DNA of 64,000 nucleotides from Opitutaceae bacterium (GTDB lineage Bacteria; Verrucomicrobiota; Verrucomicrobiia; Opitutales; Opitutaceae): NCBI GenBank assembly GCA_027310745.1, contig DAIDAF010000013.1, positions 36,460 to 100,459 on the forward strand. Direction: 5' to 3'. Below the pieces are notes generated by a model. That model had not been told where the DNA came from. It did not search any database and saw only the letters and a program-made list of their open reading frames with translations. Below are positions 9,962-18,379 of the stretch, in pieces; the first letter of the stretch is position 1, and each line of letters begins with the position of its first letter. The translations under genes and the position numbers were made by a program.

Positions 9962-10941
9962 CACCGCGTCCCAGGGGCCGTCGGCGCGATGGCGATTTTC
10001 CAGCTTTCGGTGAAATACCAGCGTTTGGCCGTATCCACATAGTGGTGCATGACCGCGCGTGGCGCCAGGCACTCCCTGCGTGGAGGAAGCGTGAGGTAGT
10101 CGCCGGCCGGCGCGACGGCGCACGAATGCCCCGCCACGAGCATCGCGACGAGGGCCTGTTCGAGGTAATAGTTTGTCCGCTCTTCCCGAACGAGGGAGCT
10201 CGTCCATCGCTCCAGCCGGTCCCAGTCGATCGAGTCGCTCCGCAGGCCACAGAGGCCGACATTGACGAGTGGGGCGAGGCGGGTGCCGGCGAGGCGTTCC
10301 ATCAGGCCGCGCGAATAGCCGTAGCTTTCCGTGCAGTCGACGCCGTGGAGCGGGCGGTCGGGCATGGCGAGCCAATCCAGAAGGAATCCGGGACGCCGGA
10401 AAAAGAGCATGTCCGAATCGATCACCAGCCGCCATCCCTCGCGCTCGAGGTGAACATCGATCAGTTTGCGAATATTGGGGTAGTTGTCCCAGCGTTCGCG
10501 AAGGTGCGGAAAGCGGTCCCTTGGAAGCGCGCGGTCGAGCCGTTCAAGCGTCTCGCGGCAGGTCGTCACGGCCAGGTCCGGAAAATGGCGGCGCAAGGGG
10601 GCCAGGCAGGCCTCGTCGAGCGTGCCATCGTCGTACAAGTGCGGGCGGACGGGTCGACCTGCGTGACGGGCAAACGTCCAGAGGCAAAACAGCGTCTGGT
10701 ACCAGAATCTCTGTCCCGTGAGCAGATGCAGTTCGACGGGCGGCACTCCTTCGGCCGCAGCGGGAAGGGTGGGGAGGTCCGACGCGGCGGCGAGCATGGC
10801 CAACCGTCCAGCTTCCGTGCGCCGCATCGCCAGGGGTCCGCCGGCGCGCACGAGATCGCGAATCTTCGACCGCGGCCGGTGATACACCCGGTAGATCAAC
10901 CGGCCGAGGCCAAGTCGGCGCAGGGAATCGGGAAGGCTCAT
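9961..10941 (-). CDS. Hypothetical protein, possible GT-A-fold glycosyltransferase
   Basis: 326 aa with ATG at 10941. WRLVIDSDMLFF contains a DxD-like DSD motif. I recognise no confident family. It is translationally coupled to the PIG-L deacetylase. Confidence 0.55.
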   Translation of the reverse strand: MSLPDSLRRLGLGRLIYRVYHRPRSKIRDLVRAGGPLAMRRTEAGRLAMLAAASDLPTLPAAAEGVPPVELHLLTGQRFWYQTLFCLWTFARHAGRPVRPHLYDDGTLDEACLAPLRRHFPDLAVTTCRETLERLDRALPRDRFPHLRERWDNYPNIRKLIDVHLEREGWRLVIDSDMLFFRRPGFLLDWLAMPDRPLHGVDCTESYGYSRGLMERLAGTRLAPLVNVGLCGLRSDSIDWDRLERWTSSLVREERTNYYLEQALVAMLVAGHSCAVAPAGDYLTLPPRRECLAPRAVMHHYVDTAKRWYFTESWKIAIAPTAPGTR

Positions 10942-10951
10942 GGATTCTACG

Positions 10952-12028
10952 TCAGGGATGGATACGGTGCAGCCGGACCAGTTCGAACACGAGGTTGTCG
11001 ATGGGAGCGATCGTGTGATACACGACGTGGGCCGCCGGGATCAGGAGGGCGATCACCCCGGCCCAGACGGCAATCCGTGGCGCATCGGCGGGACGTCGCC
11101 GTGCGAGCTCGATCAGGCCCAGCATCACTAACGGGCACAGGATTGCGATCGATCGACTCATGTCCGAGGCGAGGAGAAGGGAAATCAGTGCGGTCGCAGC
11201 GGCGAGCGCGGAGACGATCCAGCGATCGGTCCGGCACAACGAGAGGATCGCATAAACGATGGCGGCCCAGCCGACGCGCAGGCCCATCCACCAGGCGATC
11301 GGGGCCAAGTGGAGCGATTGAATGGAGGTCCGGACCTGGTCTCTGAGGAACGACCGTTCGACGTGCTCCGCCCACGGGGCGCCGCCCAGTCCGATTCGGA
11401 TGGCAGCATAGGGAAGCACCAGCAGGACCGGCCAAATGAGGCTTCGTGCGGTTGGGAGGCGTTCCGTGCCCGACACGATGCGGACCGCCCAGGCCAGCGG
11501 GAGGCCGATGAGAAAGCGTTCGTCCACCCAGGGGGCGAACAGGCATGCGGACACCAGGGCGGCCCGGGATTCCGAAAACGCGACAACCAGCAGCCCCAGC
11601 CAGACCCAGGCATCGTTCATGCCCAGCCATCCGATCGGTACGAGACAGGCCGAAGTGCTCGCAAGCACCAGCGTGCCTCCGACTGCGTAACGCCAGTCGT
11701 CCAGGATTCCCAGCAGGCGCGTGGCAACCCAGGACACCAGCACCACCACGCCAAGCCAGGGAATCACGAACGGGGCATTCCCCCTCAGACCGAGGCCATG
11801 GGCCACCAGCGCCGGCAGGAGCCTCCAGCGCATGGCCGGTTCCACGGATTGATCAAAGGGATGTGCGCACTGACGCAGGTAGGTCGTCCCTCGGGACCAT
11901 TCGTACGACGCGGGCGCGTGATTTGCGATGACCCACAGGTGCGGCGCAAACGCGCAGATCACGAGGCCGAGGCAAAGGAGTGCGATCGGGAGCGATCGCG
12001 GGAGGAGGTCTCTGGTGCGGGGTGTCAC
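10952..12028 (-). CDS. Uncharacterised polytopic membrane protein
   Basis: 358 aa with about 9-10 hydrophobic segments. GTG start (12028-12026) forms a GTGA overlap with the stop of the upstream GT2. I recognise no family motif. Confidence 0.6.
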   Translation of the reverse strand: MTPRTRDLLPRSLPIALLCLGLVICAFAPHLWVIANHAPASYEWSRGTTYLRQCAHPFDQSVEPAMRWRLLPALVAHGLGLRGNAPFVIPWLGVVVLVSWVATRLLGILDDWRYAVGGTLVLASTSACLVPIGWLGMNDAWVWLGLLVVAFSESRAALVSACLFAPWVDERFLIGLPLAWAVRIVSGTERLPTARSLIWPVLLVLPYAAIRIGLGGAPWAEHVERSFLRDQVRTSIQSLHLAPIAWWMGLRVGWAAIVYAILSLCRTDRWIVSALAAATALISLLLASDMSRSIAILCPLVMLGLIELARRRPADAPRIAVWAGVIALLIPAAHVVYHTIAPIDNLVFELVRLHRIHP

Positions 12029-12960
12029 AAGGAGGAACTCACGCGCCCTTCAAAGTGACCGCGGGCGCCGGCGAAGCGGACTCGGGCGGCGGGGGAGCTC
12101 CAGGGCCGGTGCATGAACCAGGCCTTGATGATCCGAAGCCCGGCACCGACGGAAGACACTGGGCCCCAGGGATTGGCGCCATGAAGGGTCAGGACCTGCA
12201 TCCAGGATTTCTGGATACCCCGGTTCAGCCTGGCGAGGTAGTCCGGCTCAAGACGCGAGGCCGGGATGAGATGCACGAGGCTGAGCTCGGGAAAGTAGCC
12301 GACCCGCCAGCCGGCCGAGAGGCCGCAAAGGACGATGTCGTTGTCGCCTCCGGAACTCAGTTCCCGGCCGCGCCGGTCGGACAGACGCGGCGATGCCCCG
12401 CGGGAAACCCAGGCCTTTGCGACCGCCTCGCGCAGGACCATCCCCGCGCCGATGGGCGCGTAGGGCGGATACTCGCGGAAGTCGCCGGCCACGGTCCCGG
12501 TGTCGGACAGTAGAGGGCTGTCGCCTGGATCGCGAAGCGCAAGAAGCGGAAAGAACTCCTCCTGCCAGGGCTCGGGCTGCCGTTCGAATTCGGGCACGGA
12601 TTTACCCCCCACAAGACCCGTGTCCGGGTGGCGCTCCAGCAGCGCGACCGCGGTTTCCAGATAGGAGGCCGCGAGCACATTGTCGTCGTCCACCAGGACG
12701 ATGCAGGCGCCCCGGGCCTCCGCAAATCCGCGCGCCCTCGCCTGGCTGAGTCCCAGGCGGGGTTCCGCCACGATGCGGGCACGTCCGAGAAGGGCAGGCG
12801 GGAAAATCTCGGGCGTAAGCACAGGGGTCGAGGCGTTGTCCACGACAATGAGCTCCCATGCCTCCGCCGGCAGCGTCTGCGCAGCAAGCCCCTCGAGCGT
12901 GCGCCGCAGGCGTTCGGCGTTCGGATTGTGGGTGGGAACGATGACCGAGACTTGGATCAT
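12025..12960 (-). CDS. GT2-family glycosyltransferase
   Basis: The track ORF starts at a TTG (13008). The ATG at 12960 (MIQVSVIVPTHNPNAERLRRTLEGL) is the more plausible start. VVDNASTP and VLVDDDN motifs are typical of GT2. Confidence 0.85.
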   Translation of the reverse strand: MIQVSVIVPTHNPNAERLRRTLEGLAAQTLPAEAWELIVVDNASTPVLTPEIFPPALLGRARIVAEPRLGLSQARARGFAEARGACIVLVDDDNVLAASYLETAVALLERHPDTGLVGGKSVPEFERQPEPWQEEFFPLLALRDPGDSPLLSDTGTVAGDFREYPPYAPIGAGMVLREAVAKAWVSRGASPRLSDRRGRELSSGGDNDIVLCGLSAGWRVGYFPELSLVHLIPASRLEPDYLARLNRGIQKSWMQVLTLHGANPWGPVSSVGAGLRIIKAWFMHRPWSSPAARVRFAGARGHFEGRVSSSL

Positions 12961-13176
12961 CCGATGTCTAAGTTCGAGCAGTGGATCGGGAATCGCCACG
13001 AATACCAAAACATCCCACGGGCATCGGCTCCGCCTCGGGTGCGCTTATGAACGCGCTCCGACTGGAGCCTGCACCGCCGACGGCTTTTGGGTTTCTTGGG
13101 TCCAACACTTTCGGAAGATTTGTTTGTGGGGCAGCCGCCCTGGGAACTCTGAGGCCCCTTGAACGAGTAGGTGATA

Positions 13177-13734
13177 TCAGACCGAACCGGATTCCGGGCG
13201 GCTTCGTACAACTCGCGCCGGCACACCCACTGCGATGCTGTTGGGCGGCAGGTCGCGGGAGACCACGGAGCCCGCTCCGACGATGCAGCCGTCGCCGATC
13301 GTGACCCCTCCGAGCACCGTCACTCCCGCGCCCAGCCAGACATCCGTCCCGATGGTGGTGGGCAGGAGCGTGTCGGGCTGGGATCGTATCGGAACCCCGG
13401 ATGCAGGGATTGCGTGGTTCGACGACAGGATGCGGCAGTGCATCGAGATCAGGGCATGGTCGCCGATCGTCACTCCGCCCTGGCCGTAGATGACGGCGTA
13501 TTGGCCGATGAATGCGTTTGACCCCACGACGATGCTGCCGCCCCTCGCCTCGAGGCAGGCGCCCTGGAGCAGCTGCGCCCCGGCCTGAAGACGGATCTCT
13601 CCCTGCCGGCCCGACGCAAAACCACGACTGAGGACGACGGAGCCTTCCAGCAGACAGTTCGACTCGATGCGAACGCCGTGGGCCCTGGCCCAGGCGACGC
13701 ACAGGCGGGAACGGAGTTTTCTGAGCAGCTCCAT
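13177..13734 (-). CDS. Hexapeptide-repeat (LbH) acyl/acetyltransferase
   Basis: 185 aa. Repeated [LIV]-G-x4 hexapeptides (IGTDVWLGAGVTVLGGVTIGDGCIVGAGSVV). Confidence 0.8.
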   Translation of the reverse strand: MELLRKLRSRLCVAWARAHGVRIESNCLLEGSVVLSRGFASGRQGEIRLQAGAQLLQGACLEARGGSIVVGSNAFIGQYAVIYGQGGVTIGDHALISMHCRILSSNHAIPASGVPIRSQPDTLLPTTIGTDVWLGAGVTVLGGVTIGDGCIVGAGSVVSRDLPPNSIAVGVPARVVRSRPESGSV

Positions 13735-13741
13735 GACGGAT

Positions 13742-14695
13742 TCAGGTTGGTCGGTCGGTCGTCCGGGCGCCAGCCTGGCGATTTTGGACGCGACGCCGGC
13801 GCGCCTCCTGCAGGGAAATCACCCAGAGAGCCGGAAGAAATCGCGCAAGCAGCCTGACCGTCGGACTTGCTCCGAGAGGCGGCCGGCCGCCGTGGGATCG
13901 GCAAAGCGCAAGGGCTCGGGAGGCACTGCGGCGATCGCCCCAGAACAGCAGGTTGCGGGCTGCCCGTTCGGCTTCGAACGCCAGGTCGTCGCGGTAACTC
14001 ACGGCGTCGGACCAAAGGCTGTATGCTTCCAGCGTGGCGAGGCGACAGTTCCAACTGGCCCGGTAGTCGTGGCTGAAGCTTTCCGTACGTCGCAGGGCGA
14101 TCGTCAAAACCCGGCTCTCGTGTCGCCACCGGGCGCCGGCGTGGGCCATCCGAACGTGCACATCCGAATCCTCCCACATGCGCAGCGACTCATCGCAGCC
14201 ACCGACCGCAGACCAGAGGCTGCGCCGAATGACCGAGTTGTTCAGACTTAGCGGATGACGCAGCAAGTGCGCGCAGGCTTGGGAGCGCAGGGCGTCTGCG
14301 TCATAGGTCCACCGGAGCACGAGCGCCCGGCTGTCTTCCTCGACCCAGTCGGCATCGCACGAGACCACGTCCACTTCGTCGGAGCAAAGCGCGGCCAGCG
14401 TCGAGTTGAAGTCCGGCTCCATGAGGTCGTCGGCATCGTGAAAATGCATCCATTCGGTCGCGGCGGCTGCGGCGAGACGGTTGCGGGCGACGGCGACGCC
14501 GCGATTGCCTCCGCCGTCGATCACCCGCATTCCGAGTGCGCGCGCCACCTCTGCCGTGGTGTCGGTGCTTCCATCGTCGTAGGCGACGACCTCCGAAAAG
14601 GGCAGCCGCTGGGCGCGCACACACTCCGCGAGGCGCGGAAGGAACCGCGCCGCGTTGTGGCAAGGCACTAGGAGCGTGACCTGGGGTGCGGACAT
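13742..14695 (-). CDS. GT2-family glycosyltransferase
   Basis: 317 aa. VTLLVPCHNAARFLPRLAECV, YDDGSTDTT and HFHDADD motifs. Confidence 0.85.
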   Translation of the reverse strand: MSAPQVTLLVPCHNAARFLPRLAECVRAQRLPFSEVVAYDDGSTDTTAEVARALGMRVIDGGGNRGVAVARNRLAAAAATEWMHFHDADDLMEPDFNSTLAALCSDEVDVVSCDADWVEEDSRALVLRWTYDADALRSQACAHLLRHPLSLNNSVIRRSLWSAVGGCDESLRMWEDSDVHVRMAHAGARWRHESRVLTIALRRTESFSHDYRASWNCRLATLEAYSLWSDAVSYRDDLAFEAERAARNLLFWGDRRSASRALALCRSHGGRPPLGASPTVRLLARFLPALWVISLQEARRRRVQNRQAGARTTDRPT

Positions 14696-14761
14696 GACGC
14701 AGGGGGCGTCGCCGGGCAGACCGTGCGACCGGCGGGCCGGTCGCTACGGCGAGGGAGTATC

Positions 14762-15724
14762 CTACAAGGCTTCGATGAGCTCGTCGGGTTTCACCGCATA
14801 CACGCCCACGTGGGCGACGGTGATTCCGGCGGCGAGATTTGCGAGCTGGGAGGCAACCGCGGGCGTCGCACCCGCGCAGAGCGCGAGGGTCAGCACGCCG
14901 ATCACCGTGTCGCCGGCGCCCGTGACGTCGTACACCTGTTTCGCCTGGGTCGGCAGGTGCAGGAAGGTGTCGTCTGCCAGGAGGGTCATGCCCTCATCGC
15001 CGCGCGTGATCAGGACCATCCGGATTCCGAACTTGGACTGCAGGGAGCGGGCCGCGCTTTCGACGTCGGCGTCCGAGCGCAGCGGAAAACCCGCGGCGAG
15101 TTCTGCCTCCCGCTTGTTGGGCGTAATGATGGTCGTATTGGCAAATACCGCCACGTTCTGCGGCTTCGGATCGACAGCAATGACCTTGTCAGGGGACTTC
15201 GCCACGATGCGGCTGACCAGGGTTTTCGAGAGCACGCCCTTGGCGTAGTCCGAGAAGATGATTCCGTCGATCGAGGGAAGGAGGGATTCGATGGACGCCA
15301 ACAGTTGTTGCTCGACGTCGCCTCCCACGATTCCCGTCTTCTCCCGGTCGATACGGACAATTTGCTGCTGGTGTGCGATTACGCGGCTCTTGATCGTGGT
15401 CGGGCGCGTGGAGTCGGTGATCACCGCGGAAGTGTCGCCACCGAGGGTCTTGATCTGCTCGGCGAGCCGGCGTCCGTTCGAATCGTCGCCTACGACGCCG
15501 GCAAACATGACCTTGGCGCCCATCGCCAGCAGATTGAGGCCCACGTTGGCCGCGCCGCCGGGACGGGATTCCTCGCGCGTCACCTCGACGATTGGAATGG
15601 GGGCCTCGGGCGAGATGCGCGACACGCTGCCCCAGACGTACTCGTCGATCATAAGGTCGCCGACGACGAGCAGTCGCAGCGAGTTGAACCGCCTGATGAT
15701 GTTGATGGCCGATGTCTTATCCAT
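14762..15724 (-). CDS. hldA: D-glycero-beta-D-manno-heptose-7-phosphate kinase (RfaE/HldE domain I only)
   Basis: ORF trimmed to the ATG at 15724 (MDKTSAINIIRR). LLVVGDLMIDEYVWGSVSRISPEAPIPIV is the HldE kinase-domain hallmark. PfkB-type GAGDTV motif near the C-terminus. There is no adenylyltransferase domain. Confidence 0.85.
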   Translation of the reverse strand: MDKTSAINIIRRFNSLRLLVVGDLMIDEYVWGSVSRISPEAPIPIVEVTREESRPGGAANVGLNLLAMGAKVMFAGVVGDDSNGRRLAEQIKTLGGDTSAVITDSTRPTTIKSRVIAHQQQIVRIDREKTGIVGGDVEQQLLASIESLLPSIDGIIFSDYAKGVLSKTLVSRIVAKSPDKVIAVDPKPQNVAVFANTTIITPNKREAELAAGFPLRSDADVESAARSLQSKFGIRMVLITRGDEGMTLLADDTFLHLPTQAKQVYDVTGAGDTVIGVLTLALCAGATPAVASQLANLAAGITVAHVGVYAVKPDELIEAL

Positions 15725-15740
15725 GCGATGGGTCGGGCTG

Positions 15741-16730
15741 CTAATCGCCGAGGCGACGGCCGGTGGCGAGGTAATTCCGCACGTAATCCGTGACGGCATC
15801 GCGCAGCGGCGTCATGGGACGCGAATACCCCGTGCCGCGCAGCTTCGCGATGTCGGCCTTCGTGTAATACTGGTATTTCTCGCGGAGCTGCTCCGGCATG
15901 TCGATGAACTCGATGGCTGGGCTGCGGCCCATCGCCGCGAAGATGGCCTCCGCGAGCGTGATCCAGGTGTTGGCCTCTCCCGAGCCCAGGTTGAAGAGCC
16001 CCGCCGCCTTGGAGCCGCCCTCGGCGAAATGCAGCGTCATCTCGACCGCGTCCTTCACGTAGAGGAAGTCGCGCATTTGGTGACCGTCCTTGTAGTCGGG
16101 CCGGTGGCTGCGGAAGAGCCTGAGCGAGCCCGTATCAAGAATCTGGTGATGCGCCTTGCTCACCAGCGAGCGCATGTCGCCCTTGTGTTCCTCGTTCGGG
16201 CCGAAAACGTTGAAGTATTTCACCCCTACGATCCGGGAGAGCCAGCCTTCGCGCTGGGCAATCAGGTCGAAGAGGTGCTTCGAGTACCCGTACATGTTGA
16301 GGGGACGCAGACGATGAAGGTTGTCGTCGGTGTCGTCCATGCCCTGGGCGCCGTCGCCGTAGGTGGCCGCGGAGGAGGCGTAGATGAAGCGGGCTCCGCG
16401 GGCGAGGGCCCAGGCCGCGAGCTCCCTGGTGTATGCGGTGTTGTTGTCGGCGAGGTACGACGCATTGCGCTCGGTGGTGGAGGAGCAGGCGCCGAGGTGG
16501 AAGACCGTGGAGATGTTGCCCCAGGCGTCGGGCTTTTCGGCCAGGCGCCGCCTGAACTGATCCGCCTCGACGTAGTCGGCGAACTTGAGCGGCGTCAGAT
16601 TGCGCCACTTCTCGTCGGTGCCGAGGATGTCGGTCACCACGATGTCGGTGGCTCCGCGCTGGTTGAGCGCCCAGATGAGCGCGCTGCCGATGAAGCCGGC
16701 CCCGCCGGTTACGAGAATCTTTCCCTGCAT
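15741..16730 (-). CDS. hldD: ADP-L-glycero-D-manno-heptose 6-epimerase
   Basis: 329 aa. MQGKILVTGGAGFIGSALIWALN Rossmann start, and the length and overall pattern are typical of HldD/RfaD. Confidence 0.88.
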   Translation of the reverse strand: MQGKILVTGGAGFIGSALIWALNQRGATDIVVTDILGTDEKWRNLTPLKFADYVEADQFRRRLAEKPDAWGNISTVFHLGACSSTTERNASYLADNNTAYTRELAAWALARGARFIYASSAATYGDGAQGMDDTDDNLHRLRPLNMYGYSKHLFDLIAQREGWLSRIVGVKYFNVFGPNEEHKGDMRSLVSKAHHQILDTGSLRLFRSHRPDYKDGHQMRDFLYVKDAVEMTLHFAEGGSKAAGLFNLGSGEANTWITLAEAIFAAMGRSPAIEFIDMPEQLREKYQYYTKADIAKLRGTGYSRPMTPLRDAVTDYVRNYLATGRRLGD

Positions 16731-16830
16731 AGGTGGCTACGAGTCTATTGGTTCCGATGGCAAGGCGAGCGCAAAGCACCGCGCCAGGGCGGCGGCATGT
16801 GAATCCTGGGTGACGAACGCGCCCCGGGGG

Positions 16831-17697
16831 TCAGGTGGATTTCCTGGCGATGCGGGCGTGCACGGCCTCTTCGACCTCGTCGACAGGGATGTCCATGCAC
16901 ATGCGTTCGTGGGGGCATCCCTCGTTCAGGCCGCAACCAGCGCACTCGGGCGAACGCGTGAGATTCGTGTTGAACGCATAGCCGGTTTCGATCGGACGGG
17001 AGCGGCCACCATAGAGGATGACTGCCGGCGTATGGACGGCCGCAGCGACGTGCATCAGTCCGGATTCGAGCCCGACGAAGAGGGCGGCGCCGGCGATGAC
17101 GTCGGCCGCCTGGCGCAAGGACGTGCGCCCGCGCAAATCGCGCACACCCGGGAGTGCCGGGTCCGCCGGGGTGCCGAGTTGCACCAGGTCGAACTCAGGC
17201 TGGAGCCGACGAGTGAGCTCGACCCACCGCTCCGGATCCCACTCCTTGGTCGAGGCCGAGTAGCGCGCGCCGCGGCAGGAATTCTGAAGCGCGATCGTGC
17301 GAGGCTCGCGTGGGGGCTTCGTGGCGAGGTGCAGCACGGGCCGCCAATCCCCCGCGAGCGTCAGTCCCGCGTGGTCGGCCATCTGCTGGGCGATGTGCCG
17401 CAGAGTTCCGTTTCGATAGGCCACGTGAACGATCTCGGTGTCGAGCCAGCCGCGGGTGCGCGCATAATGCCAGCGTTCGACGCCGGTTTGGACACAGAGG
17501 GGATCGTGGTTGCCGGACCACAGTTCGGGCAGATTCGTCAGCACCGGGAGGGGCCGACCTTGCCGGCGGGCCGCCTCTGCCACTGCGGTGAGCATGAGCT
17601 CGTCGCCGACGCCCCCATTCGCGTAATAGAGTCGATTTACCGCCCGCTTGCTGAACGCCCATAGACGGTCTGAAACGGACGAGAGCCGGAAGCCCAT
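16831..17697 (-). CDS. GT9-family (heptosyltransferase-like) glycosyltransferase
   Basis: 288 aa. C-terminal LFVGLESGLMHVAAAVHTPAVILYGG resembles the GT9 GNDSGxMHLAAA motif. Shorter than typical WaaC/WaaF. Confidence 0.7.
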   Translation of the reverse strand: MGFRLSSVSDRLWAFSKRAVNRLYYANGGVGDELMLTAVAEAARRQGRPLPVLTNLPELWSGNHDPLCVQTGVERWHYARTRGWLDTEIVHVAYRNGTLRHIAQQMADHAGLTLAGDWRPVLHLATKPPREPRTIALQNSCRGARYSASTKEWDPERWVELTRRLQPEFDLVQLGTPADPALPGVRDLRGRTSLRQAADVIAGAALFVGLESGLMHVAAAVHTPAVILYGGRSRPIETGYAFNTNLTRSPECAGCGLNEGCPHERMCMDIPVDEVEEAVHARIARKST

Positions 17698-17704
17698 GGC
17701 GGGG

Positions 17705-18379
17705 TCAACCCTTGGAAGGCAGGAAGGACTCGCCGCCCTTGGGAAGCTGGAGCATGGAAATACCCCAGTTCTGGTTGATCGTGACGATGGGGTAGCCCTC
17801 GAGGCGAAGTTCCTCGAGAAGTTTCGGCACCCCCATGTTTTCGCGGCGATAGGATTTGTACAGTTCCTCGTCGCGGTTCCTGTCCCATAGCGTGTCGTGG
17901 AACACCACGACCCCGAAGGGTGCCATGCGCGGCTTAAGAATTTCCCAGTCTGTTTTCACCCCCTCGTAGGAGTGATCGCCATCGATGAATGCAAAATCGA
18001 TTCTTATCGGAAGGCTCGACTCGGCGTCGCGTGTCGTCTTGCGAACGATTGTGACGTAATCCGTCACTCCGGCAGCGGCGAGATTGGAGGACAGGGTCGC
18101 CTGCGTGTCTTCGGCGACTTTGTCGCTCCAGGCATTCTGGAAGTGGGGGTCGACGGCCCAGAGGCGGCCCCTCAGATTCAGTTTCAGTGCGAGTCCGAGC
18201 AGGCAGGTGGAGTGGCCGCGGGCCGAGCCGATCTCGACGCAGGTCTCCGGCTTCATCGTCCGCACGAGCCCGTGCAGGAGCCAGCCCGCGTCGCCGAGCC
18301 CCGAGTTGAACTCGATCGTTCGAAGCCGATAGCGCCGCCAGGCGACGTGGAGTTCGTGTTTGAGAAGCCTGAGGTTCAT
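17705..18379 (-). CDS. Class I SAM-dependent methyltransferase (Methyltransf_24-like)
   Basis: ORF trimmed to the ATG at 18379 (MNLRLLKHE). VEIGSARGHST (SAM motif I) and FIDGDHSYEGV motifs. ATGA overlap with the wzt stop (18376-18379). Confidence 0.8.
   Translation of the reverse strand: MNLRLLKHELHVAWRRYRLRTIEFNSGLGDAGWLLHGLVRTMKPETCVEIGSARGHSTCLLGLALKLNLRGRLWAVDPHFQNAWSDKVAEDTQATLSSNLAAAGVTDYVTIVRKTTRDAESSLPIRIDFAFIDGDHSYEGVKTDWEILKPRMAPFGVVVFHDTLWDRNRDEELYKSYRRENMGVPKLLEELRLEGYPIVTINQNWGISMLQLPKGGESFLPSKG

Noticed and set aside
9962-10435. Long N-terminal extensions of track ORFs that overlap upstream genes. Examples are 9197-10435, 25204-27228, 31631-33088, 45399-46676, 46163-47200, 39093-40214 and 51451-52269.
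   Set aside because: In each case the recognisable domain begins at an internal ATG or GTG just after, or overlapping, the upstream stop. The extension is compositionally non-coding, so I trimmed the starts.
15258-16802. 514-aa plus-strand ORF. The same applies to 10042-11346, 19106-20551, 27247-28440, 34873-36345 and 62847-63917.
   Set aside because: All lie antisense to genes with strong family signatures (hldA/hldD, the glycan genes, wzt/wzm, the SSS transporter, the P-type ATPase and phnE). Their composition is typical of non-coding GC-rich frames.
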